Shown piece by piece: positions 48,401 to 57,479 of a stretch of 64,000 nt of DNA. A program made the translations under genes and the position numbers. The DNA is taken from positions 608,001 to 672,000 of the forward strand of contig CANJVR010000002.1 in assembly GCA_947478395.1 (NCBI GenBank). Direction: 5' to 3'. The notes beneath the pieces were generated by a model. The model saw nothing but the letters and a program-made list of their open reading frames with translations, searched no databases and was not told where the DNA came from. Source of the DNA: Opitutia bacterium (GTDB lineage Bacteria; Verrucomicrobiota; Verrucomicrobiia; Opitutales; Opitutaceae). Every line of letters starts with the position of its first letter. Position 1 is the first letter of the stretch.

Positions 48401-50643
48401 AATTGCAGCGCGGTTCCGGCTGTCACGGTCGCAATACTGGATGTGATCGTGACGCTCGGCGCGGAGCTTTGCGATGGATTGGCCGTGAGATTTACCGTCG
48501 TGGAGATCGACTGGTTGCCGCTGTTGTCGCGGGCGATCGCATAGAGCGGAATAATATACCGGCCGTTCGCGTCGGGCGTAAGGGCGGCGTAGTTGACGTT
48601 GGAAAAATTGTAGACGAGACGGTAGACGTTGCTCGTCTGCTCGCGTGCGGCGAGGCCGACGGACGTATCGGCGAGGAAGAACTCGACCGACGCGATCGTG
48701 CCGTCGGTGTCGAAAGCGTTGGCCACGAGATTCACCGACGAAAGCGTCTGAATCGTCGTCGCCGCATTACCGGTCGGCGCGCTGATCGCGACCGTGGGTG
48801 GAGACCCCGTGACACTAGCCACGGTGACCGCGATGACATTGGACGTGGCGGTGAGGGAATTGGCGTCCGTGACCCGTGCGGTGAGCTGATGCGCGCCGAG
48901 TTGCGAGGTATCCGGCGTCCAAGCGATGGAGTAAGGTGCGGTCGAATCAACGCCGAGCGAAGCGCCATCGATGAAAAATTCCACGAGCGTAATCGCGGCG
49001 CCACTGCCGCCGACCGCCGTGGCGGTGAGTGTGACGGGGACGCCCGGAGTGACGCGTGTGCCGTCGCGCGGAGCGGTGAGCGAAACCGTCGGCGTGCCGA
49101 AGGCGGCGGTGATATTCACGGTCGAGGACACGGCGGTGTTGCCGCGGTCGTCGGTGGCGATCGCCTCGATGGCGTAGGCTCCGGGTGCGGCCGGCGTGAA
49201 GTTCGCGACGAATGGCGTGGCGACCACCGGATTTCCGATGGCGATACCGTTTTGATAAAACTGCACGCCGGTGATGGTGCCGCCAGCGGACGAGGCCGCG
49301 GTGGCGGCGAGATTGACGGCGACGTTCGGCACCACGCTCGCGTTGTTGCTGGGAGCGAGCAGCGCCACGATCGGGGGGGCGCCCACGGCGCTGACGACGT
49401 TGAGCGTGAGTTGGGTATCGCGGGAAGCGCCGGCGTTGTCCGTCGCACGAGCGACGACATTATAAATACCCGGCGCGGCTGGGGCCGTATATTTAAAAGT
49501 GAAATTGGAAGTGGTCGTCCCGGCTCCAGCGTTGGTGGCCAACGCTGACGCGGCGGTCTTCTCGCCGATCTTCGTCCCGTTCACGAAAAATTCCACGCGC
49601 ACCGGGGCTCGTCCGGCCATCGGCGTAACCGCGGCATTGAGATAACGCGTGGCGCCAGCCGGCAAGGTCATCGCGCTATTGGTCGTGGAGCCCGGCGAAG
49701 CGGTCAGCACCACCGCCGGCGAAGAGCTATCCGTGACCGTCACCATGCTCGCGGGCGAAATGATCGCGTTGCCCCTGTCGTCGGTCGCGAGCGCCGTGAT
49801 TGCGACTGCACCCGAAGCGGATGGCGTCCAGTTAAACGACCATACCCCGCCCGCTGGGGTGACCGTACCCAGCGATTCACCGTTACCGAAGATCTGCACG
49901 GAGTTGACGACGCCATCGCTGTCGCTCGCCGTACCACTGATGGTGCTGGCCACACCTACCGGCACGAACGCGCCGTTGAAAGGCGCGCTGATCCCGACCG
50001 TCGGCGGTACGCCGATGGCGTTGGCAATCTCGATGTTTACCACCGGCGAGTTTACCTGAAGGGAAACGTTGTCGACGGCGACAGCCATGAGCGTGTGCAA
50101 ACCGGGCAATGCTGGCGCCGTGAAGAGAAAGTTGTAGGGCGCGCCAGTTTTGGTCGCGACGACGGTCGAGCCGTCCAGGTAAAGATGGATGTAATCGATG
50201 GAACCATCGTCCGTCGCCGTGACTTTAACGTAGCGCGAGGAGCCAACCGGGATCGAAGTTCCGCCGCCCGCAACGGTAACGGACACGGTGGGATAAATTC
50301 CGGTAACTGAAATGGATGTCGTGACCGCTGTGCCCGTGACACTCGACAAGGTAGGCGTCGCGCGGATCGTGTACGTCCCAACGACCGTCGGCGTCCAGCC
50401 GGAGAAGCTCCACGACGTTCCGGTAACGACACCGGATCCCGAGGCGACGGTGGCGCCCGACGTATTGATCACCGCCACGGCGACCGTCGTCGAACTTGTG
50501 CCGACGGTGCCCGAGATCGTCACGACGCCGGCCGCGACCACACTGCCGGACGGGCTGCCGATCGTGGCGACCTGAGAACGAGCAATCGTCCCTGCGAACG
50601 AGAGCGCCATGATCGCACAACCCAAGCGGCGCAGAAATGACAT
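45496..50643 (-). CDS. Large secreted surface protein: 11 bacterial Ig-like repeats, DUF4214-like helical repeats, I-set Ig and tandem Verrucomicrobia-type C-terminal domains
   Basis: Signal peptide MSFLRRLGCAIMALSFAGTIARS; ~95-aa repeats (P.V....P...A.D.DG....V.F..NG....TP...G.Y...A.ATD..GN); F....Y...L.R.P helical repeats; ITTQP..YQW..NG Ig domain; two domains beginning RLGNISTRG and KAINVSTRG, each ending LxEVYD. Confidence 0.88.
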   Translation of the reverse strand: MSFLRRLGCAIMALSFAGTIARSQVATIGSPSGSVVAAGVVTISGTVGTSSTTVAVAVINTSGATVASGSGVVTGTSWSFSGWTPTVVGTYTIRATPTLSSVTGTAVTTSISVTGIYPTVSVTVAGGGTSIPVGSSRYVKVTATDDGSIDYIHLYLDGSTVVATKTGAPYNFLFTAPALPGLHTLMAVAVDNVSLQVNSPVVNIEIANAIGVPPTVGISAPFNGAFVPVGVASTISGTASDSDGVVNSVQIFGNGESLGTVTPAGGVWSFNWTPSASGAVAITALATDDRGNAIISPASMVTVTDSSSPAVVLTASPGSTTNSAMTLPAGATRYLNAAVTPMAGRAPVRVEFFVNGTKIGEKTAASALATNAGAGTTTSNFTFKYTAPAAPGIYNVVARATDNAGASRDTQLTLNVVSAVGAPPIVALLAPSNNASVVPNVAVNLAATAASSAGGTITGVQFYQNGIAIGNPVVATPFVANFTPAAPGAYAIEAIATDDRGNTAVSSTVNITAAFGTPTVSLTAPRDGTRVTPGVPVTLTATAVGGSGAAITLVEFFIDGASLGVDSTAPYSIAWTPDTSQLGAHQLTARVTDANSLTATSNVIAVTVASVTGSPPTVAISAPTGNAATTIQTLSSVNLVANAFDTDGTIASVEFFLADTSVGLAAREQTSNVYRLVYNFSNVNYAALTPDANGRYIIPLYAIARDNSGNQSISTTVNLTANPSQSSAPSVTITSSIATVTAGTALQLVGNAIDPDGTIASVQYFANGTAIATSTTGPLYTVNYTPTTAGRFNVYGVATDDTGNTAVSASVVINVTGNTAPTAILVRPSDNATVTNTNAPVFLEATAADADAGQTLTVVFLGNGTQIAAGQRVGTTNTYRAVWTPTIANTYAVTARSSDSAGAQTVSTASRNVVVNNLVGLAPVVTINVPGTVTTNSTVNFNATATDADGIVTAVEFFVNRSSIGQAVRDQTSNIWRINTSFAGLPTGATEVVAIASDTSGNLAASGTTNINVVNSTSAAPTINIAADKTTVAFSQPVQLSANAFDADGTVSSVQYFANGVSVGTSTVAPSYLLNWTATASGTFSVYALATDNTGNTAIAAPFTVTVKRNNPIIDDDAFILQTYQDILVRNPNAIELANSSAQIAAGTTTRAQLAAALAADPAFNNNVNLCAVYYLLMNEWPTYTNYQTLYASRNNLATVIGLILGSPEYIFKYGSTTAATLNASYANAYTPFATRLWQSAFGRAPTALELVQFHDNDTVVLAPPIGPIGRGYTVAGLNTAIAEFITVKNSTNTTFLNLARSAALYYQLLKAQPTAAQVTALAALADTTAIASSLLGSSLYTYRYVTITTQPVALTVSARSGALFRVAAVGQPPLAYQWLFNGAPIAGATNPLLSVTNVDTTKTGSYSAVVTSAVASTTSDPALLTLSVQPTRLGNISTRGVAGTGANVLTAGFVVTGTATKQMLIRVIGPSLSGFGVAGVLPDPNLTLLNSAGVSVQTNDNWGTQSTVAATNTTLVSAIQQATNRLGAFNLANNSLDSVILATLNPGSYTVQARGAGTSTGVALIEVYDASTTLTGPKAINVSTRGNVGTGENILIAGFVVNGTVSRRLLIRGVGLTLANFGLPAASLLPDPQLKLLNGAGVTLATNDNWAAGDDAAVIAAASTAAGAFPLANGSKDSAIIIMLAPGAYTAQLSGVGSTNNTGIALVEVYDVDP

Positions 50644-50730
50644 CAAGCGTGTGGGCGAGTGGGGTTCAAGGCGCCCCACCCCGCAGAAACGGAAAAAATT
50701 CATGGCGGTATTTCCAGTGAGGGCTGCGGG

Positions 50731-53547
50731 TTACTTGTTACCGTCGTTGCCGCCGCGCGTGCGGGCCTCGGCGCTGGCCGGAGTGACGATCGTCGGATTC
50801 TGAAAGAGTGAATTCGCCGGCGTGCTCTTCAGGTTCTGCTTCTTTGGCGAACCGCCCGGACTCACGAGATTCGCTGTAACAAAGATCAGCAAATTGCGCT
50901 TCTGCGAACTCTCGCCCTTCGAGCGGAAAAGCCGGCCGACGAGCGGGAGGTCGCCGAAGAACGGCACTTTATCGTTCACCTTCTTCACTTCCTCACGCGT
51001 GAGCCCGCCCATGACGAGCGTGGCGCCGTCCCAGATCGTGACCTTCGTCGTGATTTCGCGAACCGAGAAAATCGGCTGATAAAAGCCGGGGGGCACCGTG
51101 ACCGTCGTGCCGGAGGAAATCGCGACGCTCGGGCCACCGTATTCCACGAAGCCTTCGAACTCGGTGACCTTTGGGTTCAAATCCAAGCTGATGGAGTAAC
51201 CGTCTTCCTCAACGGTGGGTGTGACTTTCATTTCCACGCCGACGTTGCGGCTCGTGAATTCCTGCGGCGTGCCTGCGGTGATCGTGACGCCCGCGCTGCC
51301 CGTGCCGGTGCCGCTGGAAGAACCGACTTGGCTCTGGATTTCTCCGTAGCTCTGCGGATAACGCAGCTCCTGCGCGATCGTGATGTTCGCCGGATTACCT
51401 GAGAGCACCGTGACTTTCGGCGAACTCAGCAGATCGCTACCCTGCTTTTGCGAAAGCGCGCGGACCACGGCCGAGACGTCGAACTCGCCGACGAAACCCG
51501 TGATACTGGCAAGCGCACTGGCTGTGCTGGCTAGGGACACACCGCCAGGAATTAAACTTGGAGCAACGGGTATGGAAAGACTGGTGGCCGGGGATGCACT
51601 TACTCCGGTAGTCGAATTGGCCGCAATTGCCGCGGTATTGATGTTAAGGCTATTGCCATTCGAACTGCTAGGAAAAGCACCCGATAGCGAACGATTCACC
51701 CCATCCGTACCGTACGTTTCCTGCGGGGTGAAGACCTGGCGTCCGTTGCTATCGAGCACCGGTGCGCCGGTGGTCGGATTGACCTGCGGCACGCCACGGC
51801 GGGAAAGATTCCATTTCACGCCGAGTTCCTCGAGCGCGCCTTCCTGGACCTCCATGAACTTCGATTCGATCTCGACCTGGCGAACGTCGTTGTAGCGATT
51901 CAGAATGTTGCGGATGCGCTCCACGTTGCGCGCCGTCTGCGTGACGATGATCGCCGATCCGTCATACGCGAGGCTGCTGCCCTCGGGCGAAAAACTCACG
52001 CCCGCCTGCTGCAAAAATCCCCGCATCGAGGCGGCTTCACCCACCGTCGACGATGACTCCGCCGCGCCACTCGAGGCGTCGGGCTTGCCGCCGCCGATCC
52101 CCGTCATGCGCAGGACCGTCGCGCGCGTGATCGGGAAAAACGCCGTCTCCAACGTGCTGGTCTCGCCGCCGGGACGCACAATCACCGCGTCGGCCTGGAC
52201 CTCATACTGGTAGCCGGCCGCCTCGGTCACGAAATCGAGCACGCGTTTCAACGAAGCGTTACGCAGCGTCAGCGTGACCGTCGGATTTTTATTCGTGGGA
52301 TCGAGCAGCACGATATTGACGCCCTTGGGCGTGGAACCCGTGCGATCGTACTCTTCAGACGATGCACTCAGGGCCGCCACGACCTGACCGATCTCGGCGC
52401 GGGTGAAGCTCACGCTGGGGAGCACGATGTCGTTAAGTTTCTTCGCGAGCGGCGCGACGGCGGCGGAAGCGTCGGTTTCGCGCGCGCGCTCCTGATAGAT
52501 ACCAGGACGCTGCCAGCCCTTCGCCACTTCCTCGAGCAGTTGCGTGCGGGTCTTCTCGCGGTTCAACGCGCCCGTCTCCGCTTTTTCGCCCGCAATGCGG
52601 AGCAGAAATCCCTTCGCAACGGTGTTGTCGGGGGCCTGCGCCTCGACCGCCCGAAACGTCTCCTGCGCGCCGTCGATGTCGCCGGACACATATTGCGCGC
52701 GACCTTTCGCGATGAGTTGTTCCGTCGCAGCACGCTCGGCGAGAAACGTGGCGTCCGCGCCGTCGCGGGACGGGGTCGCCCCGCCTCCACTATTGCTGGA
52801 TGCCGGGCGCGCGAGCTGCCGGGAAATCCCGGCGGCGCGGCTGCTGTTGGGTTCCAAAGCGGTGGCCGCGGCCAGCGTGGCGCGAGCGCCATCCGCATCG
52901 CCCTGCGAGAGCTGGGCCTGCGCTTGGTCGTAAAGATAGGACGCTTTGTCGCGCTTCAAATCGGCGATGGATTTTTGCGTGAGCGAATTGGACGGGAGCG
53001 AGGCCAGGGCGACATCGATTCTCGCGAGTGCGAGATCGAGCTGTCCCTTGCGCGCTTCGGCGCGGGCGGCGTCTTGCTGGGGTTTCACGTCGGCGATCAA
53101 GCCGTTGATCCGGCGAGTCTCACCCGCGGCCAAGGCGTCGGCTTCGGCCTCGGCATTCATGACCGGCTGACCCGGCTCCGGGATCTTGACGTCAATCATC
53201 ACCGGCGCCGCCGCCGTGGACGCTGGCGCGGGCGGCGGATTAAAGGGCGCCTCGGCCGCACGGGCCACGGCGGCCTCGCGCTTTTTTTCCAAGGCGGCGA
53301 TCTCGGCGCGCAGGCGCCCGACTGAGGGATCGGTGGGCGCGAGGGCCGCGACCTGATCAAGTGCGCGGTTCGCGCCCGGAAAGTCACCCGCGTCACGGGC
53401 GCGCAGCACCTCGGCCATGAGCCTGATTTTCTTATCCGCCGTCGCGTCTTGCGCGGCGAGGCGAACACCCGGCAGAGCCAAGGCCGCGACGAACGTGAGC
53501 GCGGCGAGCAGGGCAAAAAGCGACTTGGGCAACAGGATTTTTTTCAT
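50731..53547 (-). CDS. Outer-membrane secretin (GspD/PilQ family, Amuc_1098-like) with N-terminal TPR-like extension
   Basis: Signal peptide; TPR-like helices; N-domain (LRNASLKRVLDFV); secretin domain QVEIESKFMEV, LSSPKVT, VGVEMKVTP, GATLVMGGL, DKVPFFGDLPLVGRLF, LLIFVTA. Confidence 0.92.
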   Translation of the reverse strand: MKKILLPKSLFALLAALTFVAALALPGVRLAAQDATADKKIRLMAEVLRARDAGDFPGANRALDQVAALAPTDPSVGRLRAEIAALEKKREAAVARAAEAPFNPPPAPASTAAAPVMIDVKIPEPGQPVMNAEAEADALAAGETRRINGLIADVKPQQDAARAEARKGQLDLALARIDVALASLPSNSLTQKSIADLKRDKASYLYDQAQAQLSQGDADGARATLAAATALEPNSSRAAGISRQLARPASSNSGGGATPSRDGADATFLAERAATEQLIAKGRAQYVSGDIDGAQETFRAVEAQAPDNTVAKGFLLRIAGEKAETGALNREKTRTQLLEEVAKGWQRPGIYQERARETDASAAVAPLAKKLNDIVLPSVSFTRAEIGQVVAALSASSEEYDRTGSTPKGVNIVLLDPTNKNPTVTLTLRNASLKRVLDFVTEAAGYQYEVQADAVIVRPGGETSTLETAFFPITRATVLRMTGIGGGKPDASSGAAESSSTVGEAASMRGFLQQAGVSFSPEGSSLAYDGSAIIVTQTARNVERIRNILNRYNDVRQVEIESKFMEVQEGALEELGVKWNLSRRGVPQVNPTTGAPVLDSNGRQVFTPQETYGTDGVNRSLSGAFPSSSNGNSLNINTAAIAANSTTGVSASPATSLSIPVAPSLIPGGVSLASTASALASITGFVGEFDVSAVVRALSQKQGSDLLSSPKVTVLSGNPANITIAQELRYPQSYGEIQSQVGSSSGTGTGSAGVTITAGTPQEFTSRNVGVEMKVTPTVEEDGYSISLDLNPKVTEFEGFVEYGGPSVAISSGTTVTVPPGFYQPIFSVREITTKVTIWDGATLVMGGLTREEVKKVNDKVPFFGDLPLVGRLFRSKGESSQKRNLLIFVTANLVSPGGSPKKQNLKSTPANSLFQNPTIVTPASAEARTRGGNDGNK

Positions 53548-54395
53548 GGCGAAGAGGAAGCGGGAGATTCGGTGGGATCGAAGCGGACCGGCAACGTGCG
53601 CCGTTCCGGCAACTCGAGCGTAGGCGCGGTCTTGGTGATTTCGATGGCGGCGGGATCAAGCACGATTTTTTCGATCCGGTAGTTCGCATCGCCAATTTTA
53701 AACACGTCGCCGACCCGCACTTCGCGAGTCGCGGTTTCACCCGTGGACGCAACGAGCGCGAACATATTGCCGGAAAAATGCCGCTCGCGTTGCGTGAGCG
53801 TTACGTCCTGCCGCGACTGTTCGTCGTGAATCACTGCGGTCGCGACGCGTTGGTTCACCGTCATGCTTTCGGGCAGCGTGATGCCCTCGCGGCGCACGCC
53901 GAAAGCTTTCACGGTCAGCGCGAGATTCGGCACGCGCCGGCCGGCGGCCGCGAGAAAGATTTCACCGCTCATCCGGTTTTCAAACACGCCCCGCGCATCG
54001 GCGTCTTCGCCGACGTAGCCGATGAGTTGCAGGCGGAACGGATCGCGTTTCACCGCGACCAGCTCGACGCCGAAGGGCAACTCCGGCGTGTCGTCTCCGA
54101 CGCCGAGAGGGGGCTTTACCGCGAATTGGCGCGTGCGGGGACTATAGAAGATTTCCGGCGGGGTGAAAACGTCGTACACCCATTCGCGACCGCGGGCCAG
54201 CGGCGCCGGCGCATCCCAAACCTCGGCCTTCACCGCCGGTGCATCGACCGCCACCGGCACGTAGATGGGGCCGCTCAACACCGGTCGTCCCACGGGACCA
54301 ACAGACCGCTCGCGCCAAGCCTGCACCCCGCACACCGCCGCGGACGCCAACAGCAAACCGGCGGCAGCTAAGAGAATTTTTTTCGCGGAAGACAT
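53544..54395 (-). CDS. Hypothetical membrane-anchored operon protein (positional Amuc_1099 equivalent)
   Basis: N-terminal hydrophobic anchor, beta-rich body (FTPP.I.Y, QLIGYVG); ATGA overlap with the secretin start. Confidence 0.7.
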   Translation of the reverse strand: MSSAKKILLAAAGLLLASAAVCGVQAWRERSVGPVGRPVLSGPIYVPVAVDAPAVKAEVWDAPAPLARGREWVYDVFTPPEIFYSPRTRQFAVKPPLGVGDDTPELPFGVELVAVKRDPFRLQLIGYVGEDADARGVFENRMSGEIFLAAAGRRVPNLALTVKAFGVRREGITLPESMTVNQRVATAVIHDEQSRQDVTLTQRERHFSGNMFALVASTGETATREVRVGDVFKIGDANYRIEKIVLDPAAIEITKTAPTLELPERRTLPVRFDPTESPASSSP

Positions 54396-54401
54396 CGCGG
54401 A

Positions 54402-55460
54402 TCAGGAGGTGGCAGGCGCGGTAGCAGGCGCGGCCGGCGGCGGCAGGAGATCGATGAATTCGACCACCACCGTAAATTTCGAAAGCGCCTTCGGCACGAG
54501 TGGATTTACCGTGGGTGGCTTCGCTTTGGGCGGGACCGTGACGCTAAGTACAACGGAAGACGGCGCGGGCACCGCAGCCTCTTCGGCCGCTGCAGCCGTT
54601 GCGGCTTCTTCGCCGGTCGCGGGCTCGACCTCGACGGCACGCACGATCACCGGCAACTCGAACCCTGCGAGTTTATTGAGGAAAGCGCGCAACGCCGCTG
54701 TCTGCCCCGTGAACACCAGCCGAAACGCCGTGACTTCTACGATGCCAGGTGCGTTGGCGCTCAAGCGCGGGTCGAGAGAGAAGTAGTCGGTCGAGAGTGA
54801 GACGAAGTCTTCGGTCCGAGCGGCAGCCCCCCCCGCCCCATTTTCCGTCGGAGCGGCGGCCGCCGCCGCGAGGGCCTCGGCGCGGGCTTTGCGTTCGTCG
54901 TCCGTGAGCGGGCGTTCGCGCTGGAGGCTCAGCAGCGCCCGCGGCCGCGCGTCGAGGAGCGCATCAACGAGGTACTGCACCACGAGCCGCTGATGAAACA
55001 CCGGAGCGATCAGCGCCGTTTCGGGACCTTCGTTGGCGTAGAGAGAAAAGCCGAAGTGGGCGGCCGCCGGCTGGACGTCGACGCCGAGCCGTTTCGCGCG
55101 ATTGCGGGAATTTTCGATGAACGTCGCCAGGTCGAAAAACGCGTCCGTGCGCGCGGCGGGCGGTTTGGCGGATTTAAATCGCTCCGCGGCCGCGCCCCGA
55201 CCCTGAAGTTCCGCCTGCATCGCGGCGAGCGCGCGATGCGCGCGAGCTAGATCGGCCTCAATTTGGGCGGCGGTTTCGCGCGAAGGTACGGGTCCAACGG
55301 CGGCGAGCTCGGCGAGCGCCGCACGTTTCTGCACCAATTTCTTTTCCGCCGCGCGCATGTCCGAAATCCGCTGCACCATCAGCCCTACCTCACCGACCGC
55401 GACCAGCCCGAGCAGCAGCAGTGCGACCACAAACAGAGGACTTTTTTTCAAGGCAGGCAT
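54402..55460 (-). CDS. Amuc_1100/PilO-like protein
   Basis: N-terminal TM, coiled coil, FGFSLY motif, PilO-like FTGQTAALRAFLNKL...VIVRAVEV, terminal VVEFIDL; position in the operon. Confidence 0.72.
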   Translation of the reverse strand: MPALKKSPLFVVALLLLGLVAVGEVGLMVQRISDMRAAEKKLVQKRAALAELAAVGPVPSRETAAQIEADLARAHRALAAMQAELQGRGAAAERFKSAKPPAARTDAFFDLATFIENSRNRAKRLGVDVQPAAAHFGFSLYANEGPETALIAPVFHQRLVVQYLVDALLDARPRALLSLQRERPLTDDERKARAEALAAAAAAPTENGAGGAAARTEDFVSLSTDYFSLDPRLSANAPGIVEVTAFRLVFTGQTAALRAFLNKLAGFELPVIVRAVEVEPATGEEAATAAAAEEAAVPAPSSVVLSVTVPPKAKPPTVNPLVPKALSKFTVVVEFIDLLPPPAAPATAPATS

Positions 55461-55468
55461 GCGATCAT

Positions 55469-57169
55469 TTACAGCGGACGCTTCGGACTCACGACCAGCG
55501 TGAAATCGAAGCGCAGCAGGCCGGGTTGGGTGTTATCGAAATGCTCGTTCTCGACGGCGGCGACGAAGGCCGAGCCGGTGAAGCTCGCGAGCAGTTTCTT
55601 GACCCGTTCATTCGATTCCGGGCTCACGTTGGACACCGGATTAGCCACGTCGAGCAGTCGGCCGCTCAAGGTCAGCCTTAATGGCGGAGCCTCGACGGCG
55701 GGTGCCGTACCGGCGGCAGCGTCAGGGGCCGCCGCGGGGACGCTGTCGGAGGAAGGAACAACGATTGAAATTTTCTCGAGCCAGACGTCGCCCACTTTGG
55801 CGAGGCGGCTTTGGAGATCGCCGAGGAAATTGATCCAATTCGCCTTGGTCGCGACGAGGCCATCGATGGCGGCGATCTGCTTTTTGGCTTCTTCGATCCG
55901 GGCAAGATGATCCGCGTTACGCGCTTCGACTGATCGCAGGGGCATCAATTGCGAGTCAGCCTGCGAAATGAACGACTGCACCGCCGCGACGCGTTGGTTA
56001 AAATAAAGGACGGGGGGCAACAGGGCAGCGACCGCGAGGACCGCGGCCGCGAGCAGGACCGGCTGCTGCTTGCGGAAGGCCAGCGTCGCCGTGAGGGCGG
56101 GCGGAAGGAGGCTCGCGTCAGCTACCTCCGAATCGATCAGCGGCACGGCCAGGCCGACGAGATCAGCCAGTAGCGCGGAGACACTCTCCGCGCCCGCGGC
56201 GCGGGCATCGGCGGAGACATCGATGGTCTTGAGTGGCTGGTAACGTTCGACCGGGAGTTTGAGCCGTTCGGCCAGCACCGCGGGCAGTTCGGCGATGAGC
56301 GAACCGCCGCCCGTGAGATAAAGTGTCGCGGGCTGGCCGGTGCCGCTCTGGCGGCGGTGGTTGATCGTGGAGCGATTGATCTCCAGATGCAGGCGCCCGA
56401 TGAATCCGGCCGCGGCCCGTTGCACGGCGGCGCGGGCGGGCGAGGCGTCGGACAAATCGGAGCGCCCGGACAAGACCGAAACCTTCAACCCCTCGGCCTG
56501 CGCGAAATCGATCGCGAGTTCATCGGCGATCGCCTGCGTGACCTGATTGCCGCCGAGCGCGAGGGTGCGGTTGGTAAAACGCTCGCCGTCGAGAAACAAT
56601 AGACTGGTCGAGCGCGCGCCGATGTTGACGAGCACCACGCTGGCGGCCGCGCCGGGCGTGTTGAGCCGGAAGGCCGCGCGCATCGCGAGACAGGCAGGCG
56701 TGGCCCGGTTCACCGCGAAACCGGCCGCGTCGAGGCCAGTGCAGAGCGCGTCCATCGCGTCGAGTTTCACCGCCGCCAGCATGACCTCGAGGTCGAAGCC
56801 ATCGTCCGCAATCACGACGTTATTCCAAACGACCTCGGCCAGCGGGTAGGGAATGTTCTGCGAGGCCTCGAATCGGATGGCCTGCTCCCGCTTGCTGCGA
56901 TCGAGCGCGGGCGCCTTGATGAATTTCGTGAGAGCGAGATGGCCCGGTATCGCCAGCGCCGCGGCGCCCTTGATTTTTTCACGCGCGGCGATGGCTACAA
57001 GCGCCTGCGCCACCTGATCGTTCCACCGCGCTTCGTGCGCCGGATCGGAATCGATGAACTCGAGGGCGAACCGTTGCAGGACGATGCGACCGGTCGCGCC
57101 GAGCCCAAACACGCCGCAGGCGACGTGACCCGCCCCTAAATCAAACGCGAGAATTCGTGAGGAACGCAT
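55469..57169 (-). CDS. PilM-PilN fusion (Amuc_1101-like)
   Basis: Actin-like PilM domain (FDLGAG, FEASQNIPYPL, NIGARST, GGNQVT, YLTGGGS), then SLLP + TM + coiled coil + VWLEKI PilN-like domain; start ATG 57169. Confidence 0.85.
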   Translation of the reverse strand: MRSSRILAFDLGAGHVACGVFGLGATGRIVLQRFALEFIDSDPAHEARWNDQVAQALVAIAAREKIKGAAALAIPGHLALTKFIKAPALDRSKREQAIRFEASQNIPYPLAEVVWNNVVIADDGFDLEVMLAAVKLDAMDALCTGLDAAGFAVNRATPACLAMRAAFRLNTPGAAASVVLVNIGARSTSLLFLDGERFTNRTLALGGNQVTQAIADELAIDFAQAEGLKVSVLSGRSDLSDASPARAAVQRAAAGFIGRLHLEINRSTINHRRQSGTGQPATLYLTGGGSLIAELPAVLAERLKLPVERYQPLKTIDVSADARAAGAESVSALLADLVGLAVPLIDSEVADASLLPPALTATLAFRKQQPVLLAAAVLAVAALLPPVLYFNQRVAAVQSFISQADSQLMPLRSVEARNADHLARIEEAKKQIAAIDGLVATKANWINFLGDLQSRLAKVGDVWLEKISIVVPSSDSVPAAAPDAAAGTAPAVEAPPLRLTLSGRLLDVANPVSNVSPESNERVKKLLASFTGSAFVAAVENEHFDNTQPGLLRFDFTLVVSPKRPL

Positions 57170-57479
57170 GCGGGGTGCTGGAAAACGATTTAACTTGAGC
57201 CCTCGCAGCAAGCGGAAACTAGGGGGCGCACTGAGAATGTGGTTGTCATGCTTAACGACGGTTCCGCCGGGCATGATCGCGATTCCCTTTAAAATGGGGC
57301 CCTCAAGGCAGAGCACCTCCTCTCTTTTGAACCATCCCTCACTCATTTTATCCGCTTAACCTCAATAATCTTGAGCGCGACCGCACGCTTAGGCCCATCC
57401 GAATAAACAACGAGAAAAATTGCCCCAGGACCGCGCGCGGCCTGCAGCCCCATGGGGTTTCGCCTCGGCGCTCAACCTC

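Noticed and set aside
45565..49548. 1327-aa plus-strand ORF
   Set aside because: Antisense shadow of the Ig-repeat gene; Arg/Gly/Asp-rich with no motifs, as expected opposite a GC-rich, codon-biased gene.
57170..57346. N-terminal extension of the PilM-like ORF (likewise the extensions of glcD-like, FGE, hemF, trpB, acnA, tyrS, zwf, nudix and pdhC in the track)
   Set aside because: Longest-ORF artefacts; family homology begins at downstream ATGs, and some extensions overlap neighbouring genes.
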